A DNA stretch of 64,000 bases from Octopus vulgaris (taxonomy: Eukaryota): positions 63,798,001-63,862,000 of the forward strand of contig OX597823.1 in the NCBI GenBank assembly GCA_951406725.2, written 5' to 3'. This document shows, one piece after another, positions 24,609 through 39,132 of this stretch (position 1 is its first letter; each line of letters opens with the position of its first letter). Below the pieces are notes generated by a model. That model was not told where the DNA came from, searched no databases, and was given only the letters and a program-made list of their open reading frames with translations. A program made the position numbers and the translations under genes.

Positions 24609-24764
24609 CTGCAAAATGAAATGTCTGTTGATTCAAAGAACAGCAGAAGATCTCTACTTCAATGTATATATTATAGGAACTACATGGTAAAATACAGAAC
24701 CATCAGTTGCTGGCTGAAGGCATACACTCCAGAGAGTAAGGGCAAAAGGGAAAAAGTTTTAGTT

Positions 24765-25202
24765 AAGCCAAGTGAAATTGCAGTCATAGCCAACGCTGGT
24801 GTCATGTAATTTGCACCCATGCTGGTGAAATGTAAAAAGGACCTTTCAAGCGATGAGCCTCATGGAGGCAAAGTGGCCAATGCTGGTGGCACATGAAAAG
24901 CTCCTTTCGAGTGTTGGGCCTCACAGAGGCAATGATGAATGATTGAGATCTTTGGTGTTATATTGTGCTTGAGACAAAAACCCATCAAGCCAAGTGAAAT
25001 CTCAGTTGTGATAGATACCAGTGTCACACAAATGGCACCCATGCTGGTGGTATGCAAAAGCAATCATTACACTCTCAGAGTGGTTGGCATTAGGAAGAAC
25101 CATGTCAATCAGACTGGAGTCTGGTGCAGCCTCCCAGCTTGCTAGCCCTGGTCAAACCATTCAACCCATGCCAGCATGGACAACGGACGTTAAATGATGA
25201 TG
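24765..25202 (+). mobile_element. RTE-LINE 3' UTR fragment
   Basis: Subunit array, tacactctcagagtggttggcattaggaag and (GAT)n tail. Confidence 0.75.
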
Positions 25203-26945
25203 AAATATCATTGTAACCTGAGGACCATCAAAAATCTCTATGTGGATCATACTTCCATATTTATTCAATTGTTCATTTCATATTTATTTTTTCCATGTTA
25301 GGATTGGTTAGATGATTACATGTTTTTGAGCCCCTGTTTTACAGCTGGATGCCCTCCCAGTTGTTAAGTCTTACCTGCAAGGAATTGGCAGCAAAGTTTA
25401 CTGTTTGTAGCTCAGCACTATTAGCATGTGAGCACATAATGTAGATATTCACACGACCATACACACATGCAAACTACGAAGCTCACTGTAAAAATTGTGT
25501 GTAGTCTGGGTTAGATAGTTTGATTGGAGCTGATAAACCAGAAGAGCTGCTCTAGGATCCAGCCTGTTTTGTCTTGGTTCCTACAGCTGGATGCCCTTCG
25601 TAATGCCAACCACTCAAGAGAGTGTACTGGGTGTCTTTTATATGTCACTAACAAGGGTACTTTTTACATCTCTGTGGCATGGGTAACTATGTATTTAAAT
25701 TATTACATTAAAATACAGAGCTACAGATGGTGCCATGTAGATGTGGTAGCTGTACTTTAGCCCTGAGTCAGTTCTCATTAAGAAACCTATGATCAAATGT
25801 ATTTAAGCAAAAGCCATCCTATCTTTTCTTCAGAAAAACTTCATTAAATTACAGTATTCAATTCATTCATTTTTTTTTTAAAAGTATTTGAGAGCAATCT
25901 GGTGACTATAACTAGCAGGTCAAGTAATACATTAAGGTGCCAAGTCATCACATAAAAACTCCATCATTATGTAGTTTTATTTAGTACAAAGTCAGTTCTG
26001 ATAAAGCAGATCTATGATCAGAATTGTTCCAGCTATGACCATCCCACGTATTTTTTGTTCAGGCATAGTGTATCTAAAATTACATTATGCAATGTCTTTT
26101 TTTTCTTTTTTAAGGAGGTACGGTGAGATCTGAAAGTAATTTAGTTGCTATTTCTAGGAAAAAAATACACTTTTGGTCATAGATTTACTTAACCAAGGAT
26201 GGCTTACGGCAAAACAACCAATAAGAAAGCTTCCACTAAGTTACTCAACCTGCCAGAAACAGCAGATTTTTAGTCCTCAAGTCAAACCATATTGTCTTAA
26301 AAATGGAATAGACACATTAGATAATGCTGTCCTTAATAAAATGAGTATAGCAGAGACATGCCTGAATAAGGGTGACCTGGGACTAAACAACCGCCACAAC
26401 CAATATGTCAGATAGAAATTTTTACTGAAAACCCAAAGAAGTTTGTAAATTCACAGGTAACTAAAAGTTTTGTTATTGTACCATCATGGCAGACCTGAAG
26501 TGTAAACGTTCAAAGATCACTACTATCTCTTCAAATCTTGCAAGATTTCATATGAAATTCTTCATCTGCCAATGTTGTCATGGTATATAAGTCAACCTGC
26601 CTATTTTGGTTGTAAATTTTAGTTTGAAAAATTTGCTTTATATGCCAGAAAATGGTAGGTTATTTAAGTCATTTCAGCAAATATAAGAGATAATTTAGAC
26701 ATGTTCCAGTAATATACGACATCATCATCTAAATACTGACCCCACCATACTTGCTGCTGTAATGGTGATTAAATCACAAGCCAAATGCACAGCATTGTAT
26801 AAATGAGTAGGTATGGAACATTCGCAGATTTTGAAGAAGAAATCCCAGAAGGAAATTTCTTCAGAAACCATCCGAACATCTGTTATCTATCTCAGTAATT
26901 ATCTAATTACCTTAGTAATAGTTGGAGTTTGAAACTTTTATTCAC

Positions 26946-27018
26946 CTGAAATATGTCTTCAATGCTACTGCAACGCTGTATGCTGTAATACCATCAGGAA
27001 TTTTGTCACAATCATCAC
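26946..27018 (-). CDS. RhoGAP exon: DDCDKIPDGITAYSVAVALKTYF(R)
   Basis: Acceptor cttttattttAG, donor CAG|GTgaat. 73 nt, phase 1 to 2. Carries the conserved VA.ALKTYFR motif. Confidence 0.93.
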
Positions 27019-27049
27019 CTAAAATAAAAGCAATTGGAAAATAAAATTG

Positions 27050-27110
<61 letters not shown>

Positions 27111-27121
27111 TATATATATAT

Positions 27122-27551
27122 AGGAGTAGCTGTGTGGTAAGTAGCTTGTTTACGAACCACATTGTTCCGGGTTCAGTTCCACTGCATGGCACCTTGGGCA
27201 AGTATCTTCCACTATAGCCTCGGGCCAACCAAAGCTTTGTGAGTGGATTTGGTAGACGGAAACTGAAAGAAGCCCGTCGTATGTGTATATATATATATAT
27301 ATATAGATAGATAGATATATATGTGTATGTGTGTATATGTTTGTGTGTCTGTGTTTGTCCCCCCAACATCACTTGACAACCGATGCTGGTGTGTTTACGT
27401 CCCTGTAACTTAGCGGTTCGGCAAGAGAGACTGATAGAATAAGTACTAGGCTTACAAAGAATAAGCTCTGGGGTCGATTTGCTCAACTATAAAGGTGGTG
27501 CTCCAGCATGGCCACAGTCAAATGACTGAAACAAGTAAAGAGTAAAAGAGT
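27122..27551 (+). mobile_element. SINE family A, well-conserved full-length copy about 100 bp from an exon acceptor
   Basis: High similarity to 1671-2131 along the whole length. Confidence 0.88.
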
Positions 27552-29129
27552 ATATATTTGTGTGTGTGTGTGCATATATATATCGCAGATGTGTGATTGG
27601 ATATATATGAATTTATATGTGTGTATTTATGTGTATCATCGTCATTTAATGTTATGGGTCAGATGAAATACTTTTTGAGGAGGCAAATTTTCAATATCCT
27701 TTCAATATCCTTCCTGCTGCCATCCCTGATTCCTCAATCATTTCCAAGCAAAGGTCACGTTCCCCCATGACCAGAGATGTTTTTCACAGAACAGTGGAAA
27801 TGAACAGTATTGCATGTGTGAAGGAGATGCTCATTTACAACTATCACATGATGACAGGATAGGGGTACACACAAACTGTGCACACACACACACATCAGGG
27901 GCTCATTTCAGTTTCTGTCTGCTACATTAATCACAAGGACACATCGCCCAAGGTGCTGTGCAGTGGGACTTTGAACTGAGAATGAGATTTTAACTTAGAA
28001 AGGGATTTGAGCTGTAATATCACAAGACAGTTTTCCTCATGCTGCACTGATAATGATGATAATGATAATTATCATTAATAGTAGTTATTATCATGTACCA
28101 GTGCCATGTAAAAAGCATCTGTGCTGGTGTCACCCAAGCCCGTGCCACGTACAAAGAACCTGTGCTGGTACCATGTAAAATGCACCCATACCAGTGCCAT
28201 ATAAAAAGCATCTGCACTGGTGCCATGAAATAGCACTGGTGCAAGTGCCATGTAAAAGGTACTCAGTACACTTGGTAAAGTGGTTGGCATTAAGAAAGGG
28301 CATTCAGTAGCAGAAGCCAGGCTAAAACAGACAGTTGGGGCCTGGGCAGCTCTTTGGCTGGCCAGTTCCTGTCTAACTGACCAACCCATGCCAATATGGA
28401 AAATGGATGTCAAAAGATGATGATGATGACAATGATTAAGTTAGCAAGCTGGCAGAATTATGAGCATGAACGACAAATGCTCTGCGGTGTTCTGTTTTTA
28501 CATTCTGAATTCAAATTCTGTTGAGGTTAAATGCTTTTCATTAACCTGGATTGATGAATTCACGAGGTCTACTTTGCCTTTCATCCTTTCAGGGTCGATG
28601 AAATAAGTACCAGTAAAACACTGGGGTTGGTGTAATTGACTGGTCCCCTCCCCCAAAATTTCAGGCCTTGTGCCTATAGCAGAAAGGATTATTATTATTA
28701 TTATTATTATTATTATAAGGTAGCAGTTGAGTACAAGTTGATATAATCAACTAAGTCACTGCCCCCAACATTTCAAGCCTTGTTTAGGATTATTATAAGT
28801 AGTATTATCCAAAATTGCTGGCCTAGTGCAAAATGTGAAACAATAGTAATAATAATAATCATGGATTCAAATTTTGCCACAAGAACAGCCATTTTGGCAG
28901 AGGGGATGAGTTGATTACATCAACCCTAGTATTTAATTGGTACTTAATTTAAAGATCCAAAAGGATGAAAAGCAAAGTTGACCTTGGCAGAATTTGAACT
29001 CAGAACATAGTGGCAAATGAAATACCACTAAGTATTTTACCTGATGTGCTAAAGGTGCTTTTGGGCACAAAAAGGAATTTTTTCCAACACTGATGATTCT
29101 GTCAATTTTAACAGCAACAACGGTAACAA

Positions 29130-29675
29130 TCATCATCATCATCATCATCATGCTAGCATGGGTTGGACGGTTCGACCGGGGATCTGGGAAGCCAGAAGGC
29201 TGCACCAGGCTCCAGTCTTATCTGGCAATGTTTCTACAGCTGGATGCCCTTCCTAACGCCAACCACTCCGTGAGTGTAGTGGGTGCTTTTTACGTGCTAC
29301 CTACACAGGTGCCAGGCGAGGCTGGCAACGGCCACGGTCGGATTGGTGTATTTTACGTGCCACCGGCACGGAGGCCAGTGGAGGCGGCGCTGGCATCGGC
29401 CACGAGTCGGATAGTGCTTTTTACGTACCACCAGACCAAGGATCCTGGCTGGTTCAATTCGATTTCGATTTCGCTTGCCCCAACATGTCTTCGCAAGCAA
29501 AGGGGGTTGGCATGGGTGTCAGTCGTCAGATGAGGTTCTATATCAACTTCGCTTGCCTCAACAGGTCTTTGTGTCCAAGGGAGGAAAGGCATGCATAAGT
29601 GGGCTGGGCTCACTTGACCTGCCTGGTCTTCTCACGTACAGCATATTTCCAAAGGTCTCGGTCGCTGGTCATTAA
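29130..29675 (-). mobile_element. RTE-LINE 3' UTR fragment
   Basis: (CAT)n then the reverse complement of the RTE tail and the gtgccggtggcac subunits. Confidence 0.82.
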
Positions 29676-29889
29676 TCCTCTCTGCTATATGCACAAGGCC
29701 AACAATTTCAAGAGAGGGGTAAATTGATTCCATCATCGACCCTAGTACTCAAGTGATACTTATTTTATCGACTCCGAAAGGATGAAAAGTAAAGTTGACT
29801 TCAGCAGAATTTAAACTTAGAATGTAAAGACAAACAAAATGCTGCTAAGTGTTTTGTCTGGCATGCTAATGAGTCTGGCAGCTCGCCGC

Positions 29890-30140
29890 CATAATAATAA
29901 CGGTAACAATAATAATAATAATAATAATAATAACAATAATGATAATAATGACAATAATAATAATGATAATAATAACAACGATAATAATAATAAGGATAAC
30001 AACAATAATAATAATAATAATGATAATAATAATGATGATAATAATAATAATGATAATAACAATAATAATAATAATAATAACGATAATAATAATGATAACA
30101 ACAACAATAATAATATTAATAATAATAACGATAATAATAC
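29890..30140. repeat. (AAT/AAC/GAT)n trinucleotide low-complexity tract
   Basis: Direct reading. It produces the poly-N, poly-L and poly-I ORF artefacts. Confidence 0.95.
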
Positions 30141-31405
30141 TTGATACTTTGTTTCCTTCTGGTTACATTTATGTATATATTATCTCATGCTGCTATTCAA
30201 AAGTTACTAATTCCTTGCAGTGTTAACAGGATTGTAACACCAATAAGAACCATGGAAATCTTTAATTTCACAGCTTTATCTTGAATTTTATCCAATTTTC
30301 AGCAGACAATTCGGCACCCGAAACATATGCAAAAAGTTATATCAGACCAATTTCTGGTTTGTTTTTTGCCTTTCAGCAAAAAATAATGAATGAAAATTGG
30401 TAAATAAATTAAATTTTTGTGTCTATTAAAATAACAGAATAGTGAAATTATCATCATTATTAAGATGGAGAGTGAGCAGAATTGTTAGCACGCCAGATAG
30501 TAATGCCTCTAAGCATTTTGATCATCTTTACATTCCGAGTTCAAATCCCATTGAGGTTGACTTTGTCTCCGCTCTTTCAGGGTCAGTGAAATAAACACCA
30601 ATTGAGAACTGGGGTTGATGTAATTGACTGGATCCCTCCCCCAAATTTTAGGCCTTGTGCCTATAGCAAAAAGGATTCTTTACCTAGCTAATTTGCTTGT
30701 TGCAAGATCAGTGAATGTGTACATATTGTGAATTTCTATATATTACAAGCTGAAATGAACTACTGCTATCTCTAGCAGATGAGTATCCACCACCAAGGAT
30801 GACCACAAAGAAGTTGAATATGTACAGTCTGGTGGTCTTGTGGCTAGGAGATGGTAAGGGTTCACTCCCCTGCTTGCAATATATATCGGATTCAGATTGC
30901 ATTGACTAACCAGCTGGAGGAGGAATCCTCCTGGGGTTAAAAATAGCAGTAATGTGAGTTCCTGTGGAACAGCCATATCTACATGGTAGTAAACATTACT
31001 TTCATATATATTTATTCATATACACAAAGGGCTTCTTTCAGTTTCCATCAACTAAATCCACTCACAAGGCTGAACCCAAAACCACATAGTTAAAGAGTAA
31101 ACTCCTTAACAATACGGCCATGCCTGTGCCTTCAAAATCTTGAAGTCCAATAAAAGGAAAACATTAGTTAATTACAAGACTGAAGAAAAGAATCATTAGC
31201 GTGTTTGATAGAAAAATCCTTGCAGTATTTATTTTGGCTGTCAGTGCTCTGAGTTCAAATCTCAGCAAGGCCAACTTTGTGAGCCATCTTTCCAAGGGTA
31301 ATGAATAAAGTATCAGTGCTATGTGTCGGTGTTGTTAAAGCATTAGAAGAGATGACTTATGGTATTTATTCTTCCTCTTTGCATTCTGAGTTTAAATTCT
31401 ATATA

Positions 31406-31568
31406 TATTTCTTTACTACCCACAAGGGGCTAAACTTAATTTATCGACCTTGAAAGGATGAAAGGCAAAGTCGACCTCGGCGGAATTTGAATTCAGAACG
31501 TAACGGCAGACGAAATACGGCTACGCATTTCGCCCGGCGTGCTAACGTTTCTGCCAGCTCGCCGCTTC
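31406..31568 (-). mobile_element. SINE family B, CpG-rich young copy with 16-bp TSD
   Basis: TSD gtttaaattctatata at 31390-31405 and 31569-31584. Confidence 0.87.
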
Positions 31569-32102
31569 GTTTAAATTCTATATAGTAAATGTCAAAAGTC
31601 AGAGATGGTCACCTGAACACAAGAACAATCTATGGCTGGGGTGATTTAAGCAGTTAAAGTGGCAGAATTTTTAGAGCATGGGACAAAAATGCCTGGCTTG
31701 TTCTGGCTCTCTATTCGCCAAGTTCAAATCCCACTGAGGCCAACTCTGCCTTTTATCCTTTTGGGGTTGATAAAATATAGCAACCAACTAGGGAAATAAA
31801 TTGGCAAATTGTTGGAATATCAGACAAGGTCTCTTGTAGGATTTATTCTGGCTCTTTGAATTGCAAGTTCTTGAGTGTTGTATTTAATTCATCCCCCAAT
31901 TTAACAACATCATGGGTAGTGGTGTTTAAATAGGTATCTTTAGCAGAGTTCACTTTGAGTTCACTTGAAATGTTAAACATTGAAGTCAGATATTCTGTTT
32001 AAGGAAAATTACTTCCTTTCCTCTTACCAATCTTGAAGGTCCTGTATAAAACAAAGGATCATTTATGCTGACCCTCCTTCCAGGATTAAAAGTTATACAT
32101 AC

Positions 32103-32177
32103 GTGAAAATATATTCATGGCTTCACTGATTTCCGATTGTACACCACATATTCTGTATATTCCTGTGCTGGTTATAC
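32103..32177 (-). CDS. RhoGAP exon with the arginine finger: (G)ITSTGIYRICGVQSEISEAMNIFS(R)
   Basis: Acceptor tctatcttgtAG, donor CAC|GTatgt. 75 nt, phase 1 to 1. Carries the GIYRxxG catalytic motif. Confidence 0.93.
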
Positions 32178-33207
32178 CTACAAGATAGAAGAAATATTAA
32201 AGAAGAACATCAAAATTATGAGGAATTTAGAAAATTTGCTGCTGTATATAACTGTGACAGACTAACATCATCTCTGTAGATGCCTCTCGACTATCCCAAG
32301 TGGAGGAAGCCTTGTAAGAAAGCATAACACATTTGAGAGATAATACAAAGTATTTTGTGGTTTGTTGCTGTATATATATATTGTTAGCCAATTTACTTTA
32401 CATTTTAATGAATTCTGTGATTTCCTAATTAGCTGATTCTAGAAGGTAATTATCAAGAATTAATCCTGTTGATAACCATACACTAATGAAGATGGAATTC
32501 ATTTTTACACAATACAAAAAGAATAAAGAATGTTCATATACAAAATAGTGTTAACAAAATGAAATATCTAAACCTCAGCTGGTGTATGAAGGTTGGGTAT
32601 GGAAGTGGTAGAACCATTAGAGCACAGAACAAAAACACCAAACAATATTTGTTCCTGCAATTTATGTCCTTAGTTCAAATTCCACTGAGCTCTGCTTTTT
32701 TCTTTCATTCTTCTGGAGTTGATAAAAGAAGGTTCCGGTCAAGAGTTATGCTGATTTATGTCCAACATACAGTGGGCTTGCATGGTATACTCAATCCCAA
32801 ATTATCTCCACCCATAAAGTGGGCTTCTAATGATCTGTGAACTGACATCAGTTGGACTACTGTATAGTCACACCAATAACCTCAATCCCTAATGCCTTAC
32901 TCTCTCTCTCTCTCTCTCTCACACATACACACATATATGTATCATGTTTATTCGCACACATTCAGTCTCTCTCTACATGTGGACTACACTACACTGCGAT
33001 AACACACACAAAAAAATGGAGAATTGACATACAAATGTATACATTATCATCACCACCATTAATGCTTTAATGTCTATTTCCCATGCTTGCATGTCTCAGA
33101 CAAAACTTCACTGATGCAGAATTTTCTATTGTCAAATGTTCTTCCTGATGCCAACTCACATTTCCAAGCAAGGTTGTAATCTCACAGTGTATCAAACAAT
33201 GGAGATG

Positions 33208-33437
33208 TGGTGAGCTGGCAGAAACGTTAGCATGCCGGGTGAAATGCTTAGCGGTATTTCGTCTCCCGTTACATTCTGAGTTCAAATTCCATCGAGGTCG
33301 ACTTTGCCTTTCATCCTTTCGGGGTCGATTAAATAAGTACCAGTTATGCACTGGGATTGATGTGATTGACTTAATCCTATTGTCTGTCCTTGTTTGTTCC
33401 CTCTATGTTTAGCCCCCTGTGGGCAATAAAGAAATAA
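33208..33437 (+). mobile_element. SINE family B
   Basis: Full head-to-tail match to 5143-5375. Flanked by near-identical aaacaat(g/a)gagatg. Confidence 0.85.
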
Positions 33438-34180
33438 ACAATAGAGATGCTTTCATGGAGGACTGCACATGAACGGCACCATTCATATGAGTGGCGGGAC
33501 TTTTGTCTACAATCAGCAAGCAGATGTAAAGCTGAGTGAGAAGTGAGAATATGAACTCAGTCTCTCTCTCTCTGTCAAACACACACACACACACACACAT
33601 CTGTATATTATCATCTCAGTTATGTTGCTTGCATAGATTCCCATGACTCCCTGTTGTAATCCCACACACTATTGAGAGGGTTGTGGGGACAGAGTCCTCA
33701 GGTTTGAGTCACGGTGAATTAATCATTAGCAGATTACACAACCATAGATGCCACCCCTATGAATGCATTGCAGTTACTCTCTTGATTGAGCTTGATAATC
33801 CTAACTGTTGATCTAGGATTCCTCCACTCATCATCAATGTAAGAAGTACTGATGGCTCTGCTACCTCCTTCCAATCCACTATGATGCAACCCTGTAACTT
33901 CTCCATATCCCTGGCAGGGTGGCTGAATGAATGCTATACCCAGCCAAAGGGCAACCCACAACTATGCAGTCATCACTCCCGGAAGTATTTTCAAAATACC
34001 CACATACCTATATATAAGTGCAAGCATAGTTTTGTGATTTAGAAGCATACCCAACCATGTGACTTCAGATTCAGTTCCACTGCATTGCTCCTTGGGCACA
34101 TGTCTCTTAACATAACCCCAGGCTGATCAAAGTCTTTCAAGTGGATTTAGTTGGAAACTGATAGAAAGCAATCATATATG

Positions 34181-34224
<44 letters not shown>

Positions 34225-35020
34225 CTCAATGTATGTGTGTGTGTGTGTTTCTTTGTCTTGAAATTGCACAACTGTTGTAAAATAAGTATCACCATCATAT
34301 GAGCAATATCATTTGTTTCCAATCTCCTGTAAAAACATGTCTAGTCATGGGGGGAAATTATCTTCAGGTAAGGGTTAGCAACAGAAAAGGCATCTGGCAT
34401 TAGAATATCTAGAAAAGGCATCTGTCTTTAGAATATCTGCTTTAGTAAATTCCATGTGACCCATGCAAACATAGAAAAGTGGATGTTAAAACGATGATAA
34501 TGATGGTGATATACTAATTTGTTTGCACAATCATTTTACACTAGGGTTTTTCTTTATTTCCTGTTAGCATGGATTACTGTCATATTTTATTGATGCACCA
34601 TTTTATGACAGGATACCTTTCTTGTCACTAAACCTTAACTGATTTCATGTAAGGGATCTTAAATTCCATACATCTTTGAAGGTGCAAAGCAAACAGATGA
34701 CATTTCAACAGAAGAAAGGAAAACAAAACCACCTGGAGCAACTGTCATGGAGAGAAAATGTGAACAAACTCACTAAAATACACACATAATAGGCTTCTTT
34801 CAGTTTCTATCAACCAAAATTACTCTCAAGACATTAGTTGGCTTTGGGCTATAGCAGAGGAGATTTACCTAAGATGCTATATAGTAACACACACACCTAT
34901 CTATCTATCTATATCTAAATCTATCTATCTATCTACATACACACACATACACATATATATATATACACACACCCAACATTTAGATTTGATTCTTCAAAAT
35001 TTCAAACATAGCTAACGTAC

Positions 35021-35077
35021 CTTTGTGTTCAATAAATTTTATCAACCTCTTCACATAGCGAAGACCATCATCGCTCA
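35021..35077 (-). CDS. RhoGAP-domain gene (GRAF/oligophrenin-like), most 5' exon found: xSDDGLRYVKRLIKFIEHK(G)
   Basis: Acceptor ttcattatttcAG, donor AAAG|GTacgt. 57 nt, phase 1 to 1. The peptide matches the first RhoGAP helix and reads in frame into the GIYR exon. Confidence 0.88.
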
Positions 35078-35707
35078 CTGAAATAATGAAATAGTTATAA
35101 CAATAATTAAAAGTAGAGATCAGTTAACAGCAACGACAAAAGTTCATTGAACTCATTTGAATAAGTTCCTCATTGGACTACAATATTCTTTTAAAATGGA
35201 ATGGATAGAGTCATAAATTTGTCAGCTTCAGCATTTGAAAGATATCAGAGAATTCTAAACGAATGTAGTTTTGTAGAGAAAGGAGAGAATAATGAGCTTA
35301 GTATAAGATGGAAGAATGAGTTTATATATATATATACAGTTCATTTCCTTTACTATTTACTTGTCTCAGTCATTGGATAATGCCCATGCTGGGGCACTGC
35401 CTTAAAAGGTTTAGTCAAACAAATTGACCCCAGTACTTATTTTTGAACTCTTGTACTTATTCTATCAGTCTCTTTTGCCAAATTGCTAGGTTACAGGGAT
35501 ATAAATAAACCAAAATTGGTTGTCAAGCAGTATGTGTGTGTGTATGGCAAACTGACACACATCAAAATCAGACTAAAAAAATTTTTGGCATTATTTATTC
35601 CCCATTACATGTTTCATTTGCTTATAAGGGTAATGGTATAGTGTGGGTTTGTATTGTTTGCAAGGCACTAAGGGTTGGAACATAATTACCTGCAATAGTT
35701 GAGGGAT

Positions 35708-35748
<41 letters not shown>

Positions 35749-36249
35749 CATATATTATGTATATATATGCATATACATATGCATATACATAAATATATGC
35801 AGGTAAACATACATATAATATGTATATATGCATATACATATATACACATATAAAAAAAATCATATACACAAGTCATATGTGTGTGTGTGTTGTTAGTGAA
35901 GACACCTAGTTTTGTGGTTAGGGTATTTGGCTTATGATTGTAAGATTTTGAGTTTGATACCTGGCCACATGTTGTGTCCTTGAGCAAGACCCTTTATTTC
36001 ATGTTACTCCAGTCTACTCAGCTAGCAAAAGTGAGTGGTAACTGCATTTCAAAGGGCTGCTTTGTCACATTCTGTGTCATGCTGAGAGCTACATGTGCTT
36101 AGCCACATGTATGTCTGTGGAGTGCTCAGCCACATGTACGTTAATTTCAAAAGCCGGCTGTTCAGTTGACTGGATCAACTGGAACCCTCATCATGGTAAC
36201 TGATGGAGTGCCAATCTTTTCCGTTTTTATAGATGCGATGTTTATATAT

Positions 36250-36695
36250 CATCATCATCATTTAATGTCTGTTTTCAATGCTGATATGGGCTGGACAGTT
36301 TGACATGAGCTGACCAGCTGAAGGGTTGGTCAGGCTTCCTGTCTGTTTTTGCATGGCTTCTATGGTTGGATAGCCTTCCTAATGCCAACTATTTTACAGA
36401 GTGTTTTGGGTGCTTCTACTCAGCACCAGCATGGGTGCTTTTTACATGGCATCACCATCAACAAGCCCACAAGATTAGGGATGCTCAGCTGGAGAGGGTT
36501 GCAGGGAATGAGCCTGTATGCAAAAGCAGCCACACATTTATTTAGCTTGACATGTCTTTTCAAGCACAGCAAACTGACAAGAGTCTTGGTCCCCTGTCAT
36601 CTGCTCTGTGAGTCCCAATGCTTGTAGATCCTTTCTCATCACTTCATCCCACGCCTTCCTGGGTCTACCCCTTCCACACGTTCCCTCTGCAATTA
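36250..36695 (-). mobile_element. RTE-LINE 3' fragment including the ORF end
   Basis: EGTCGRGRPRKAWDEVMRKDLQALGLTE plus the RTE tail. Confidence 0.8.
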
Positions 36696-38599
36696 GAGAT
36701 GTGTAAATGTATAAACACAAAACCTGAGTATGGTTATTTCATGTTTATATTCCTTGTAATCAATGTACCCTGTAGCCAACCCCTTACAAAAAAAGACAAA
36801 CCTCCGGACTAAAATATTTCCAACATCAAAAACAGGTGAGTATTTGTGGCAAGAAAGACATTCAGCCATTAAACACTGCTACAAATATGTCTCCATCCAA
36901 CTCATACCAGCATGGAATGAATGAGTGGTGTATGTATTATCATTTTACATTTGTTTTCTCCATGCTGCTATGGGCTGAACAAGTCTCTTCCTTCTAATTC
37001 TTCATCATCTGGTATGAATGGATAACAGAGAAAAATCAGTAATCTTTATCACTGGGAAGATCACATTTTTTTATTTTATGCCTTTATTGCATAAAGAAAA
37101 ATTAATAATAAAAAAAATTATTATTATTAATTTTTCTTTTTACAGCTGGATTTCTAGCAGATAAAATGGTCAGGGAGGGGCCTTCTTCCTCAGTTCAATA
37201 TTTTAAAAGTAGCTATGGATTCTGACGAGAAGAGAGTTGATCACAATAAATCTAGTTACAGATAATACACAAAGATAATTTCATTGTCACCACAAAAACT
37301 GAAGTATCTATGTTCTACTTTATTTCTCTTATCGGGAAGGAGAATCAGCCTTTAAGAAAATATCAAGAATATATAATCAGAAAAATCTTAAAATCTACAG
37401 ACAATTCATATCAGTACTCAAAAAAGTAAATATATGTGTGTGTGTGTGTGTGTTTATATATATTATTGCTTTCTGTTCTTTGTCTAGTCTAGACTAAAAT
37501 ATAAATTATATTGCTTCACAAATCTTTAGCATTATCTAGCTTATCTCTTTCACACTCAGGCATATTCCAGAAAGTAATATTGCGTATTTTCAGCAATTAA
37601 ATTTTTCAGAATATAAAAGCTTGCTGCTGATATTCTTGGTTTATATTCTTGGCAAATATGAAAACAGAAATAACAATAAGAAAGATAAAAGCATAAAGAT
37701 ATATATATATAAAAAAAAAGGCCAACCACATGATATGTAGATTATTTACATCCTGATAGTGTTGTGTCTGATTAACTTGACTTTAGCATTTAAACAATCC
37801 ATGTCCAGTCCATATATTCCACCTGTTTCATGTTCAATCCAGTCATATCCAGCCTGTCACACTTACCTTACAATGCCATTCGAAAAATAAGTAATCACAT
37901 CATTGAAATCCTGAAGCTAACAGATAATGCAAGATTAATTCAAAACCATGTGAATAAATAAGTATTACTTTTATCTTTTACTTATTTCAGTCATTAGACT
38001 GCGGCCATGCCGGAGCACTGCCTTGAAGAATATTTTAATGAATGAACCAGTCCCGGTATTTATTTTCTTTTTAAGTTTGGTGCTTATTCTATCTATCTCT
38101 TTTGCCAAACCACTAAGTTACGGGGACATAAACACACCAACACCAGTTCTCAAGCTGTGGTGGTGGTGGGGGTGGGGGAACATAAACTTCATTATCATCG
38201 TTTAACATCTGCTCTCCATGCTGGCAATGATTGGATGTCTTGGCATGGGGCTGGCTGGCAAGGAGCTGTTGACTCCAACTGTCTGTTGTGGCATGGTTTC
38301 TTCAGCTTGTTGCCTTTCCTAATGCCAACCACTTAACGGAGTATGACACCATCATGGGTGCTTTTAAAGTGGCACCAGCACCTGAAAGGACAAGCCTGTA
38401 TGTGTGGAAGACATAGCTTGGCATGTCTTATCAAGTACAGCAAATCACATCTCCCAGCCCCCTTGTCATTTCCTCAGTGAGGCCCAGTATCTGAAGATCC
38501 TTATACACACACACACATATATATGAGGATATTATTGTTTATAATAATATCAGTGGTTTAGCATGTGTAAAAAGACTGATAAAGGTAAAGATTATCGAT

Positions 38600-38903
38600 A
38601 AATAAACAAGGGTACTATCAGGCAGTACCAGCATGCTAACATAGCAGTCAAAATGATCAAACCACAAGTTTTCACTAAAACACAAAGGCAAATGAACAAA
38701 AACCATAAGACCCCATACCAATGATGAAAATAGTCAAAGACTGAAAAAGTCAGACATACCTGTATCACTGATTTCGAACTTTGGGTATGGGGTCTTAGGG
38801 TTTTTGTTCATTTGCCTGCTTTCACCTTTGTGTTTAAGTGAAAACTTGTGGTTTGGTCACTTTGACCGCTATGTTAGCATGCCGGTTCTGCTCGTTAGTA
38901 CTC

Positions 38904-38912
<9 letters not shown>
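38600..38912. repeat. Inverted repeat, ~120-bp arms with ~60-bp spacer
   Basis: gcatgctaacatagcagtcaaaatga...accccatacca pairs with gggtatggggtc...tttgaccgctatgttagcatgc. Confidence 0.8.
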
Positions 38913-38950
<38 letters not shown>

Positions 38951-39132
38951 GATGAGTGTATTTTCCCTTGTTAACAATTAACATGGAAAAAATAGATAAA
39001 TAGTTTCTATAGGCTACTTCTGACGTTATATCATACAACGTGTTTTCAAACAATATTAATAGCATTCAGTAAATCACTATAGATATCCATCATTTTCTGT
39101 TAAAATGTCTTATTGACGAGTGTCATTTCTTC

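Noticed and set aside
29817-30226. Poly-Asn, poly-Leu and poly-Ile ORFs, and similar HTHT/YIYI ORFs throughout the track
   Set aside because: These are translations of microsatellites with no splice or domain support.
33734-33961. GC-richer ORF, possibly a retroelement endonuclease remnant
   Set aside because: No motif I can assign with confidence.
36724-36808. Possible upstream exon on minus (RRFVFFCKGLATGYIDYKEYKHEITIL)
   Set aside because: It ends in phase 2 with a weak donor, which is incompatible with the phase-1 start of exon 35077. No clear domain match.
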